64,000 nucleotides of DNA. Source: Patescibacteria group bacterium. GTDB taxonomy: Bacteria; Patescibacteriota; Minisyncoccia; RBG-13-40-8-A. Of the stretch, positions 8,516 through 17,733 are shown piece after piece. A program made the translations under genes and the position numbers. Numbering within the stretch: the stretch's first letter is position 1; every line of letters begins with the position of its first letter. The stretch is taken from contig JAZDGD010000009.1 of assembly GCA_043807255.1 (NCBI GenBank), forward strand, positions 29,476-93,475, read 5' to 3'. The notes below the pieces were generated by a model. The model made no database searches, was not told the origin of the DNA, and saw only the letters and a program-made list of their open reading frames with translations.

Positions 8516-8911
8516 TTAGGTTTTTTCGGACGATTTCTTTCGACCGCTTCCCATTGTTTTTCTTTGATTACCCCTAATTGTTCGATTGTTGGTTTTAGTA
8601 TTTTGTCCTCTTACTGGCAATCCCTTAATATGTCGGAGGCCACGATAACAACCAATTTCCTTTAATCGTTTTATGTTCATCATTTTTTCTCTACGTAAAT
8701 CTCCTTCAATCTTATATTTACCACTTCCCTCAATAATTTCTCTTAATTTGGTGCTTTGATTCTCGTTTAATTCTTTGGTTCTTGTGTCTGGGTTTATCCC
8801 TGCTTTTTTCAAAATTTCTTGACTTAAAACCAAACCTATCCCATATACGTAGGTTAAAGCAACTTCTATTCTTTTGTTGTCTGGGACATTTACCCCTGCG
8901 ATTCTTAACAT
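8516..8911 (-). CDS. rpsM: 30S ribosomal protein S13
   Basis: 131 aa, S13-like ([16 protein letters not shown]...). Confidence 0.85.
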   Translation of the reverse strand: MLRIAGVNVPDNKRIEVALTYVYGIGLVLSQEILKKAGINPDTRTKELNENQSTKLREIIEGSGKYKIEGDLRREKMMNIKRLKEIGCYRGLRHIKGLPVRGQNTKTNNRTIRGNQRKTMGSGRKKSSEKT

Positions 8912-8919
8912 ATTAAAAA

Positions 8920-9033
8920 TTATCCTTGTCTTTGTTTGTGCTTAGGATTTGAACAAATAACGTAAATTCGACGTTTACGTCGAACTATTTTGCATTTACT
9001 GCAGATCTTTTTTACCGAAGTTCGAACTTTCAT
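8920..9033 (-). CDS. rpmJ: 50S ribosomal protein L36
   Basis: Hand-translated 37 aa: [37 protein letters not shown]. Below the ORF-track length cutoff. Confidence 0.8.
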   Translation of the reverse strand: MKVRTSVKKICSKCKIVRRKRRIYVICSNPKHKQRQG

Positions 9034-9040
9034 AATATTT

Positions 9041-9256
9041 TTATTTTTCGCGATATACGATTCTTCCTCTTGTGCTGTCATAGGGGCTCAATTCAATCTT
9101 CACCCTATCTCCGGCCAAAATCTTAATGAAATGAATTCTCATTTTGCCAGAAACGTGTGCCAAAACCTCTGATCCGTCATCAAGTTTAACCTTGAAATTT
9201 GCGTTTGGCAATCCCTCGATAATTATTCCGTCTTTCTTTATTCCTTCTTGTTTCAT
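9041..9256 (-). CDS. infA: Translation initiation factor IF-1
   Basis: [40 protein letters not shown]... The longer listed ORF (to 9322) is probably an N-terminal over-extension. Confidence 0.8.
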   Translation of the reverse strand: MKQEGIKKDGIIIEGLPNANFKVKLDDGSEVLAHVSGKMRIHFIKILAGDRVKIELSPYDSTRGRIVYREK

Positions 9257-9341
9257 TTTTATTTCTTGCCTGCCGATAGGCAGGAGTATTTTGAGTATAT
9301 ACAAAATATATTTACGCGTCAACCCCCTTTAATGTTTTTGC

Positions 9342-11006
9342 TTAATTTATTTTAATTAACACCTTAATTCTGCCTTCTTTGTCTGGAACCTGTTTTACCC
9401 AAAACGGCCACAATACTATCTTCGCTGTTTCAATTTCTGCCAAAGACGAAAGATACGTTCTTGCCTCTGTTTCTGTTTTGCCAATTAAGTCCTTCCTGAT
9501 CTGATTGGCATCGAAATTCCAAACCGAATCTGCTTCTACGCTACAAATTAAATTAGAGCTACCCTTTTTAGAATCAAATTTAGATGTCTTATAGTCAATT
9601 TTGATTGTTGAAAAAAGCAAAGTTCTATTTTCAGAAATTTTATCAGCAACATTTTTTTCTAATAAATTCAGAACGTCCTGTTCTTTGAATGCCAAGCCAA
9701 CGGCCCTTACTTTCACCGTAACTGTAAACTTTTCTCCCGGCATATTTGCTTTAACGGTCGAAGACGATTCTGTGACTTCTAGTGATTGACTATCGCTTAA
9801 TAATTTCAAATCATTGGGAATAGTTCCCCGAAACTCTTGTGATGCCCTTTCTTTAAGTCCTACGGCAACAATATTTATTGCTCCAGTAATATCGTCCTGG
9901 GTTGCAACTTTCATTTTTCCTTTTGCTCCGCCAGTCATTGGTTGTGTCGATTTGCCGTAAAATGCACTATATTTTGGTGTTCCCTCAAAGCCGGGAATTT
10001 TAAAATCTGAAGGACCAATATTAAAATCTGCTCCCGCCTCATCTGCCTCAACATCTACTTCTTTACTGCTGGCAACAATTTTTCCCTCGTCGATAATTGC
10101 TCCGGGAATTGTAACCGTGGCAGTCAATCTAAAAATTTTGCCATCAGTTGATTTTAATCGAGTCGTTTTAACTAATGTTTGTGGGCTTGAACTATATTGA
10201 TTGTAAATAGTAATTTTCCCCTTAGCTTTTTCTGAAACATCCCTTTCTCCTGTACTGGGAAATTCTCTGCTCTCCATTTTTTCAACTTCAAAAAGTTGCC
10301 CAGGAATTGTTGCCTGATCAACGTTTATGGCACTAATATCTTTATTAACCGCTATGTCCGTTTCAAATTTAACGCTTTCTTTTTTAGGATTAATTACAAT
10401 TTGAGCATGCGGTAAAACAAAATAAACCACATATGCTAAGCCCAAGACGGCAATTAAAATTCCTAAACTTATTAATATTTTTTTTATGGGAATTCTAAAT
10501 TTTCTTGTTTTCTTTATTCTTTGTATTTTTTCTGGCAACGGCTCGGCAAAAACTTTTTCATCGGAAAATCTTTCTTTGTAGAAAAAATCATTTTCTGGCT
10601 GTGTTTTTATTTGTGGTTCAAATTCAAATTTTGGTTCTGGTTCAAAATTCTCAACCACCTCTTCTTCTTTTCTGGAATTAACAACGTCTGCCATGGTTCT
10701 TAGGTCAACAACCCTACCCATAATTTTGTCTGGTCTTTTAATCTGTGGTTGTCCGGCATCCTGGACTTCTAAAATATCAATCCCTGCCTGCATCGAAAGT
10801 TTTCTAATCAATCCATCGGCAGTAGAAATATAAACCTTTTTACCTAGAAATATTGATTCCTCTTTAAGAATTCTTAGATTGATAATACTTTTCAATGCTG
10901 CTGTTCCCGACGGAACAACCAAGGCAAGGTTAATGTCCTTGCTTAATTTGATATTATCAATTATCGAAAAAAACTCTTCGTTTGATTTTAAATAAAACCT
11001 CTCCAT
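9342..11006 (-). CDS. Hypothetical single-pass membrane protein (large extracytoplasmic domain)
   Basis: 554 aa with a TM helix around residue 180. Downstream of a PilM/FtsA-like gene. Confidence 0.45.
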   Translation of the reverse strand: MERFYLKSNEEFFSIIDNIKLSKDINLALVVPSGTAALKSIINLRILKEESIFLGKKVYISTADGLIRKLSMQAGIDILEVQDAGQPQIKRPDKIMGRVVDLRTMADVVNSRKEEEVVENFEPEPKFEFEPQIKTQPENDFFYKERFSDEKVFAEPLPEKIQRIKKTRKFRIPIKKILISLGILIAVLGLAYVVYFVLPHAQIVINPKKESVKFETDIAVNKDISAINVDQATIPGQLFEVEKMESREFPSTGERDVSEKAKGKITIYNQYSSSPQTLVKTTRLKSTDGKIFRLTATVTIPGAIIDEGKIVASSKEVDVEADEAGADFNIGPSDFKIPGFEGTPKYSAFYGKSTQPMTGGAKGKMKVATQDDITGAINIVAVGLKERASQEFRGTIPNDLKLLSDSQSLEVTESSSTVKANMPGEKFTVTVKVRAVGLAFKEQDVLNLLEKNVADKISENRTLLFSTIKIDYKTSKFDSKKGSSNLICSVEADSVWNFDANQIRKDLIGKTETEARTYLSSLAEIETAKIVLWPFWVKQVPDKEGRIKVLIKIN

Positions 11007-11011
11007 ATATA

Positions 11012-12109
11012 TTAATTTTGAATTAGTTTGATTACTCTTTTTAAGATTGGAGAAAATATATTTTTCTCTTCCAATAAATTAGAACTTAATTGATCGAGTG
11101 CAATACAAGATAGATTTTTATTATCATTTGAATCCTCAATATTCAAAATTTTTAAATTTTTCTCTTTCTTTAAATTCGATTCTATAAACGGCATTTTTGA
11201 TCCACCGCCACATAAGAAAATTTTATTTGGCAAAGAGTCATATTTTTCTGAAAAATCTTTTAAAATAATCTTAAGTCCCTTAAACCAAAACGACGTACTT
11301 GGCACAAATAATTTATCTATCTTCTTTTTGGTTTCGACACTTAATCCGTTTTTATATTGTATTTTAATGTTCTCAACGTCTTCTGGTTTTAAATTAAGAA
11401 AGTTGGCCAGAGCCTGACTAACAATTTGCCCTCCCAAATGAAAATTTTTCGTATCAATTATTTCGCCGTTATTTTTGATTAATGTGATTTCGGTTAGTTT
11501 CCCCCCAACATCAATAATCAATGCTCCACTTTTTTGTAGTTTATCTAAACTCAAATAATGATATAAGGCATAGGCATTGGGAACAATACTCAATAAATTC
11601 ATCTTTAAGTCATCAGCTAATTTTTCTAAATTTTCCAATGCTTGTGAGGACGCATATGTGTTATAAACGCTCAAACAAATATTTTGTCCTTGATCACCTA
11701 TGGGATCCGCAACCAATCTATTGTCAATTTTAATGTCTGTTACAAAAGCATCTATAATTTTAATTTCCGTATCTTTGCATTCCGTTTCGTCTCTAAATTC
11801 TTTACGAATACTATCCAATGCCTTCCATTCTAATTTCTGAATTAAATACTTCAACTCTGCTGTATCAATTTTATTATGAGAATTTTCTCTTTTAAGACAA
11901 AGGGTTGTGGTTTTGCCTTTCAGGGTGTCGTTATTTACACCCAAAATAATATCTTCTGATTTTATTTTCGATTCTTTTAAAAGTTTTTTAACTACTTTTT
12001 TACAAGATGAAAAAATATCCTCCGAGCAACTTTCTCTCACAAACACATCTGAAAGTTTGGCTTTCACATATTGTGTTCCAATATCTAAAACAATAACATT
12101 TCTCATCAA
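11012..12109 (-). CDS. Actin-like ATPase, PilM/FtsA family
   Basis: 365 aa. VLDIGTQYVKAKL (phosphate 1), IIDVGGKLTEITL, and LCGGGSKMP motifs typical of PilM/FtsA. Confidence 0.45.
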   Translation of the reverse strand: MMRNVIVLDIGTQYVKAKLSDVFVRESCSEDIFSSCKKVVKKLLKESKIKSEDIILGVNNDTLKGKTTTLCLKRENSHNKIDTAELKYLIQKLEWKALDSIRKEFRDETECKDTEIKIIDAFVTDIKIDNRLVADPIGDQGQNICLSVYNTYASSQALENLEKLADDLKMNLLSIVPNAYALYHYLSLDKLQKSGALIIDVGGKLTEITLIKNNGEIIDTKNFHLGGQIVSQALANFLNLKPEDVENIKIQYKNGLSVETKKKIDKLFVPSTSFWFKGLKIILKDFSEKYDSLPNKIFLCGGGSKMPFIESNLKKEKNLKILNIEDSNDNKNLSCIALDQLSSNLLEEKNIFSPILKRVIKLIQN

Positions 12110-12212
12110 CTATATTATATCATTAATTTTAAAACAAAACAAAACAAAGAGCAAATAAAAAAAGTCTATACGGGTTCACCGCATAGACCAGACGATTTTA
12201 TAGTCCTTTCCA

Positions 12213-12512
12213 CTACAGGCCAGCAAAAATCTCTCCACCGAGCACATCTATCTCTTGTAACCATTTTCGAAATTTTATTAATTGTCTCACGATTGTATTA
12301 AACTCACCCGCCCCATAGAATAAGTTTCTCAAGTAAGTAATAGGATATTCCACAATCGTTATCGGAATAATTAAAATGGTTATTAATAGCGATGCTAGCT
12401 GAATTAAAACAAACCATAAAACAAGAAAAAATGTGACCATAAAAAAAAGCAAAAAAAATGATATTGCCAAAAACCATTCTCCAAGCCCATCACACAATTT
12501 TTCTTTTTGCAA
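12213..12512 (-). CDS. Small membrane protein, hypothetical
   Basis: 99 aa with two predicted TM helices. Confidence 0.35.
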   Translation of the reverse strand: MQKEKLCDGLGEWFLAISFFLLFFMVTFFLVLWFVLIQLASLLITILIIPITIVEYPITYLRNLFYGAGEFNTIVRQLIKFRKWLQEIDVLGGEIFAGL

Positions 12513-12639
12513 GGTACTCTCCTTTTCGCTTTTTAGCGATAATTTAATGTATCAAATTAAAAAAATTTCGTCAAGCGTTTGCAAACACAAACACCACATA
12601 AATACCATAAACACTATATCAATATTATAAACATTCTTT

Positions 12640-12675
12640 GTTTCCATTTTTGTACGGCCGTAATAAAATGGAAAC
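12640..12675. repeat. Nested-palindrome repeat, family A, 3' copy (gtttccatttttgtacggccgtaataaaatggaaac)
   Basis: 11-bp outer stem enclosing a tacggccgta inner palindrome. Lies 30 nt downstream of the stop codon of 12706..13266. Confidence 0.7.
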
Positions 12676-12705
12676 AAAATTATCTGTTAAAAAACATGAA
12701 CTATG

Positions 12706-13266
12706 TTATTCGAATCTTACTTTTTTAACTAAAAGAAAATCTACAAAAGATTTTAAATTATATTGTTCAATCAATTCTTTGGTTTCTTTCTCTGTGTCAT
12801 ATTGGCAAACCCAAATACTTTGTTGCATTTTTTTATATCCTAAATATTTCAATCCCCTCCTAAACCAATCCCTGTCTTTTCGCCTACTTTCCGATATGTC
12901 AAATAAAACCATTTGCCACTTTCTGTCTTTTCTTAGGTTATTGTCTGTCAATTTTAATTTTGTGATAAATAATTTTTCGAAACCTTTTGATGTAATTATT
13001 ACGGCCGATTTATCCTTCGCTCTTAACGTTTTCAAATAACCACTACTTTTTAACTTACAAACCGTTCCAGCAAATCTTCTTTTGCTTTTTTCCCTTTCGC
13101 GTTTCTTTTTGTTTTCATTTGTCCACTCGTCTCTGAATGTATTGAAGTCGGAAAAACGCAACCCTCCTCTTTCGGGAATAATTTTGCCAATTACGTCTTT
13201 TGTTTTATTTTTGAAATTATATAAATCCCAAAGAAATTGTTCGGTAAATGGTAATTTAAGTCTCAT
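12706..13266 (-). CDS. Winged-helix / Cas2-VapD-like fusion protein (paralog 1)
   Basis: The C-terminal half, KWQMVLFDISESRRKDRDWFRRGLKYLGYKKMQQSIWVCQYD, matches the Cas2 core pattern (hVhhhYDI..RR..h...L...G.RhQxSVFxC). The N-terminal half, CKLKSSGYLKTL...VIITSKGFEKL, looks like a winged helix. Confidence 0.55.
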   Translation of the reverse strand: MRLKLPFTEQFLWDLYNFKNKTKDVIGKIIPERGGLRFSDFNTFRDEWTNENKKKREREKSKRRFAGTVCKLKSSGYLKTLRAKDKSAVIITSKGFEKLFITKLKLTDNNLRKDRKWQMVLFDISESRRKDRDWFRRGLKYLGYKKMQQSIWVCQYDTEKETKELIEQYNLKSFVDFLLVKKVRFE

Positions 13267-13278
13267 AGAATATTATTA

Positions 13279-13315
13279 TGTTTCTATTTTATTACGGCCG
13301 TAATAAAATAGAAAC
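13279..13315. repeat. Nested-palindrome repeat, family A, 5' copy (gtttctattttattacggccgtaataaaatagaaac)
   Basis: 13 nt upstream of the ATG of 12706..13266. Differs from the 3' copy by a compensatory C/G to T/A change that keeps the outer stem intact. Confidence 0.7.
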
Positions 13316-13396
13316 AATTTGAATTTAATAATTAAAATTAATAAATCCCATAATTAATAAACGATTAAATTTATAAATCTTTCGATTATTAAAATT

Positions 13397-15160
13397 TTAT
13401 TCCAAAATTGCCTTGATGCGACGAACGCCGGATGATGATGCTTCTTCTTTTAAAATTTTAAAATGTCCCAATTCCCCTGTTTTTTGAACGTGTGGTCCAG
13501 AACAAATTTCCTGGCTGAAGGCCAGTACCGAGGCCGTCGAGGGAGCACCACCTATTGTATAAACTTTAACCATATCTCCATATTTTGATTCAAAAACTCC
13601 CATTGCTCCAATTTCTTTCGCTTTTTCTAATGACACCTCTACACAATTCACCGGTAAATTTTGTATAATCACTTCATTCACTGCATCCTCGACTTGTTTA
13701 AGTTGATCCGCGGTCATTTTTTCTGAATGCGAAAAATCTAAACGTAATCTTTCGGCAGTAATATTTGAACCTTTTTGAAAAACATGATCACCCAAAACTT
13801 TTCTTAGTGTTGCCAACAACAAATGTGTTGCAGTGTGATATTTTACAACTTGTTCTGAATTATCCGCTAATCCCGATTTAAATTTTCCTGCAGTTGCAGT
13901 GCGTGAAAGTTCTTGATGTTGTTCGAATTCTTTTTGAAATTTTTCTTTATCAATTTTTATTCCTTTTTCTTTTGCCAACTCTTCGGTGATTTCGATCGGA
14001 AAGCCGTAAGTTTGATATAAATTAAAAGCGTCTTTGCCAGAAATTAATTCTAATTTTTTCTCGCTACGCGAGATCTCGTAAAGCGAGACAAATTCTTTTA
14101 ATCCTTTTTCTATTGTTGCTCTAAATTTTCTAGTCTCATGAGAAAGTTTGTTTAAAACTTCCGCACATTTGTCTTCGAGTTCGAACTCTCGATAATCGTT
14201 TTTATAAACGTCTATAACTTTCTGAGCAACCGATTTCAAATTTTTGGAATCGAAATTTTTATCATTTGTATAGGTGTAAACTATGGCTCGTCGAATTAAA
14301 CGACGCAAAATATATCCCTGATCCTTATTAGATGGTTCAACGCCGTCAAAAAGTAAAAACACGCTAGCTTTTATATGGTCGGCAATTATTCTTTGAGACT
14401 TGAGATTAATTGATGGCAAAAGATCTTTAATTTTATCCATTATCGGTTTGAACGTATCAATTTCATAAACATTGTTATAACCATTTAAAATCGCAGTCGT
14501 TCTTTCTAACCCCATCCCTGTATCAACATTCTTTTGTTTTAACGGTTCAAGCTTTCCATCTGCTGTTTTATTAAATTCCATAAAAACATTGTTCCAAATT
14601 TCCACTCCATCATAAAAAATCTCTGTATCTGGACCACAAGGTCCGCCAGCTGATTGCCCCCACCAATTGTCTTCTTTTCCTAAAAATTTGATTTTATTTT
14701 TTGGAATTCCTAATGATTCCCAGGTTTTTGCTGAAATCTCATCTTTCGGAACAGCTTGCCCTGAGGAACTCGAAGGGTCGCCCTTAAAGCAAGTAACCGA
14801 TAATTTTTCGATTGGCAAATTTAATTCTTTGGTCAAAAATTCCCAACTCATCTTAATTGATTCTTCTTTCCAATATGATCCGAGCCCCCAATTCCCCAGC
14901 ATTTCAAAAAAGGTTAGATGCCAATTATCGCCAACTTCGTCAATATCGATTGTTCTGATGCATTTTTGTGAATTAACCAATCTATCGCCCATGGGATGTT
15001 TTTCTCCCAATAAATACGGAACCAATGGATGCATTCCTGCGGAAATAAATAAAGCACCAGGATCATTTTCCGGAATCAAAGAAGCAGAAGGAATAATTTT
15101 GTGTCCCCTCTCTTCAAAAAACTTCAGATATTTTTCTTTCAACTCTTTTGTCGTAATCAT
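13397..15160 (-). CDS. alaS: Alanyl-tRNA synthetase (short form lacking the C-terminal region)
   Basis: 587 aa with a class II catalytic core and the editing-domain motif HTATHLL. Confidence 0.8.
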   Translation of the reverse strand: MITTKELKEKYLKFFEERGHKIIPSASLIPENDPGALFISAGMHPLVPYLLGEKHPMGDRLVNSQKCIRTIDIDEVGDNWHLTFFEMLGNWGLGSYWKEESIKMSWEFLTKELNLPIEKLSVTCFKGDPSSSSGQAVPKDEISAKTWESLGIPKNKIKFLGKEDNWWGQSAGGPCGPDTEIFYDGVEIWNNVFMEFNKTADGKLEPLKQKNVDTGMGLERTTAILNGYNNVYEIDTFKPIMDKIKDLLPSINLKSQRIIADHIKASVFLLFDGVEPSNKDQGYILRRLIRRAIVYTYTNDKNFDSKNLKSVAQKVIDVYKNDYREFELEDKCAEVLNKLSHETRKFRATIEKGLKEFVSLYEISRSEKKLELISGKDAFNLYQTYGFPIEITEELAKEKGIKIDKEKFQKEFEQHQELSRTATAGKFKSGLADNSEQVVKYHTATHLLLATLRKVLGDHVFQKGSNITAERLRLDFSHSEKMTADQLKQVEDAVNEVIIQNLPVNCVEVSLEKAKEIGAMGVFESKYGDMVKVYTIGGAPSTASVLAFSQEICSGPHVQKTGELGHFKILKEEASSSGVRRIKAILE

Positions 15161-15199
15161 TGCTTAAATTATACAATAATAAAAAAAACAAATCCACTG

Positions 15200-15228
15200 T
15201 TGACAAAAATAATGGATATGGTACAATT
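15200..15228 (+). promoter_or_regulatory. Consensus sigma70-type promoter (TTGACA, 17-bp spacer, TACAAT)
   Basis: Exact hexamers with optimal spacing, read directly from the sequence. Confidence 0.6.
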
Positions 15229-15261
15229 ATATTGTCTTAAAAATTCTACTGGAGGTGTAAA

Positions 15262-15426
15262 GTGTTTAAAAAGAATTATTTTGTGATGCTGGAAGACGGC
15301 AAGATGATATCCGAACCCTTCGGATGGCGTGGCGTCCACAAGCAGGTCAAATTCCTGTTCGAGAAGGGAAAGACGTGCCGGGTCTTCAAGGAAAGAAAAA
15401 TCGGACTGAGGGTCAAAGTAGTATAG
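15262..15426 (+). other. GC-rich small transcription unit: sRNA or 54-aa small protein (GTG start, SD GGAGG)
   Basis: GGAGG lies 6 nt upstream of GTG. The reading frame VFKKNYFVMLEDGKMISEPFGWRGVHKQVKFLFEKGKTCRVFKERKIGLRVKVV uses GC-rich codons unlike neighbouring genes. The unit is bracketed by a consensus promoter and a strong terminator. Confidence 0.35.
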
Positions 15427-15455
15427 CTCCACCGACATCAGTTCTCGATCACAAC

Positions 15456-15492
15456 GGCCGATGCGGGCGAACCCGCATCGGCTTTTTTTATT
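15456..15492 (+). terminator. Intrinsic terminator (cggccgatgcgggcgaacccgcatcggc plus T8)
   Basis: Perfect GC-rich stem followed by a T tract. Confidence 0.7.
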
Positions 15493-15569
15493 TAACCCCT
15501 CCACACCTCCCCTTATCAAGGGAGGTTATTGTTTTTTGCCGAATAAAATAGAGGTGGCCCGTGCCACCC

Positions 15570-16193
15570 CTACATGTTTCTTATTCTATCGAACTCCTCC
15601 TCAGAAAATACCATCCACCGTTTTTGGTGCTTGGCGTAATATTTTTCGGCGTTTGTGCGTGTAGTTATTATCCTCCTATTGTCATTAAAAAAATAACTTT
15701 TTCTGTCGGTATTGAACGCCTTGTCATGCTCGCCAATAATCCTCTCTAAGGCACTGGCCATGCATCTTGTATCGTAATGCATGCGTGCCAACAACTTTAT
15801 TGTTGCGAAATCAACGGAAGCCTCTCGCTCTTGATCGTCAAATGCTACAATATTGTTCAAGGCATGGCAAATCTCATGCAAAACAATGGAGACTAGTTCG
15901 GCTTCGTTGTTAACAGCCTCAACAACCCTTTCGTCGATATATATTTCTTTCGTATCATTAATAATATATGCCCATTCGGGATTATTGAGCGAGGCACTAA
16001 CATAATAAATTTTAAATCCGATTTTATTTGCCCCGTCAACAAAATTAATGATTTTGTCGAGAATCTTATTTAACAATACATCACCATAGACGCCCTTATT
16101 CTCAAAATCATTAATTGTTTGCGCGAAGCAAAAATACAGGACGAGAAAGAACAAGGCCACTAAACCTTTCTTTTCCATTGTTTCCCTCCTCAA
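15570..16193 (-). CDS. Secreted/lipoprotein HExxH zinc metallopeptidase
   Basis: 207 aa with a signal peptide and the HEICH motif. Confidence 0.5.
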   Translation of the reverse strand: MRRETMEKKGLVALFFLVLYFCFAQTINDFENKGVYGDVLLNKILDKIINFVDGANKIGFKIYYVSASLNNPEWAYIINDTKEIYIDERVVEAVNNEAELVSIVLHEICHALNNIVAFDDQEREASVDFATIKLLARMHYDTRCMASALERIIGEHDKAFNTDRKSYFFNDNRRIITTRTNAEKYYAKHQKRWMVFSEEEFDRIRNM

Positions 16194-16228
16194 AATGACT
16201 TATGTTTATAATACCAAATAATTAAATT

Positions 16229-17230
16229 TTAGTCAATAATCCCCCCTCCAATAAGTTCGCTGCCTAGATAAAATACTGCGCTTTGACCAGAGGTTATCGC
16301 ACGTTGCGACTTTTTGAAAATAATTTTATTACCTTTTATTGTTGCATCTTGTGCTTTCGTAGTAGAGCGGATTTTAACTTTGCATTTTCCGTTATACTGT
16401 TTTCCCGATAGCCAATTTACATCTTTTATAATTAATTCTTTTTGCATTAAATCTTTTTCATTTTTTGATACGATTAAAATATTTTTCTTAAAATCTTTTT
16501 TCACAACATAGAACGGACCAATGCCACCAATCTCTATTCCTTTACGCTGTCCGATGGTATAGAAAATCAATCCTTTGTGCTCGCCCATCTTTTTGCCATC
16601 AACAGTAATTATATCTCCCGTTTTTGTTTTAATGTTTTGTCTTAAAAAATTATTTAAATCATTTATGAAGCATATTTCTTGACTATCTGGTTTTTTATAG
16701 ACCGGGAGTTTAAATTTCTTCGCCAATTCCCTAACTCGTTCTTTGGTGTAATCACTAAGCGGAAATAAAACTTTATTTAATTGTTTTTGATCTAATTTCC
16801 AAAGAAAATATGATTGGTCTTTTTGTTTGTCCTTGGCAACCAATAATTTTGAGCTTTTTATTTTCGCGTAATGACCAGTGGCAACATAATCCGCGCCGAG
16901 TTCCATCGCCTTGTCAATTAAAAATTTAAATTTAATATGCTTATTGCACATTACACACGGATTTGGTGTGTTTCCTTTTTTGTATTCATCAATAAAATAA
17001 TCGACAACTTTTTTCTTAAATTCTTTTTGCACATCAAGAACGTAAAATGGAATTTTTAATTTTTGAGCAACAATCTTTGCGTCTTTAGCGTTGCTATTTT
17101 TGTGCATGCGCATAAAAACACCGACAACATCATATCCTCGGTTTTTTAACAGGGCGGCAACAATAGAACTATCTACTCCGCCACTCATTGCGACAAGAAC
17201 CCTGCCTCCTCGGCGGGCAAGTTTTTTCAT
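16229..17230 (-). CDS. mnmA: tRNA-specific 2-thiouridylase MnmA
   Basis: VLVAMSGGVDSSV PP-loop and full-length similarity to MnmA. Confidence 0.8.
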   Translation of the reverse strand: MKKLARRGGRVLVAMSGGVDSSIVAALLKNRGYDVVGVFMRMHKNSNAKDAKIVAQKLKIPFYVLDVQKEFKKKVVDYFIDEYKKGNTPNPCVMCNKHIKFKFLIDKAMELGADYVATGHYAKIKSSKLLVAKDKQKDQSYFLWKLDQKQLNKVLFPLSDYTKERVRELAKKFKLPVYKKPDSQEICFINDLNNFLRQNIKTKTGDIITVDGKKMGEHKGLIFYTIGQRKGIEIGGIGPFYVVKKDFKKNILIVSKNEKDLMQKELIIKDVNWLSGKQYNGKCKVKIRSTTKAQDATIKGNKIIFKKSQRAITSGQSAVFYLGSELIGGGIID

Positions 17231-17232
17231 AA

Positions 17233-17733
17233 CTATTTTTTACTTCTAAAAATTCCGATAAAAATTAATGGCACTATAAACCAAATTATCCGTGCAAGGG
17301 TTGTATTAAAAACTTCTAATGGCAAACTACTAAACTTAGAAATCAAATCAGCGGGCAAAAAAGAAAAAATCATACTTACAACAATCCCAACCAAAAATAT
17401 TCCATAAAAAAATGCTTGAAAAATTGCACGATTGGCCTTTCTTCTTGCTTTTAATATTGATTTTGAAAACAAGAGATAGACAATGCCAATTAACAATAAA
17501 AACAAAACAATCATCACCACAAAATTTTCTTCTGCTTTAAAAAAATCGGGCAGAAGTTTTTTAATCGGCACGATACTTATTATTGCCGAGGAAACATAAC
17601 CACCCAACAACATTAAAAAAAGCTTGTCCTTGCCAATCATTAGTCCCAATAAAAATCCCCCCGCGAACAAAAACAAAAAAACAATCATCTCCCAACTCGT
17701 AATATTTAAATTTACATTCGCTAATTGCGTCAT
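17233..17733 (-). CDS. Membrane protein (CvpA-like)
   Basis: 166 aa with four predicted TM helices. Confidence 0.35.
   Translation of the reverse strand: MTQLANVNLNITSWEMIVFLFLFAGGFLLGLMIGKDKLFLMLLGGYVSSAIISIVPIKKLLPDFFKAEENFVVMIVLFLLLIGIVYLLFSKSILKARRKANRAIFQAFFYGIFLVGIVVSMIFSFLPADLISKFSSLPLEVFNTTLARIIWFIVPLIFIGIFRSKK

Noticed and set aside
9041-9322. 93-aa infA ORF with an N-terminal extension ([22 protein letters not shown]).
   Set aside because: IF-1 homology begins at the internal Met ([10 protein letters not shown]...). The extension is hydrophobic nonsense and overlaps the rpmJ end region.
12640-13315. Integron attC-site interpretation of the gene-flanking palindromes.
   Set aside because: The elements read GTT...AAC from outer to inner, not the AAC...GTT core orientation of attC sites. 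No integrase gene is nearby.
15243-15490. Possibility that the GC-rich unit is tmRNA, RNase P RNA, SRP RNA or 6S RNA.
   Set aside because: I could not find the conserved motifs of these RNAs. These include GGAAAGUCCGGGCU and ACAGAA..CCGGCUUA for RNase P, AGGUCCGGAAGGAAGCAGC for SRP, and the tRNA-like CCA end with an ALAA tag for tmRNA. The length also does not fit RNase P or tmRNA.
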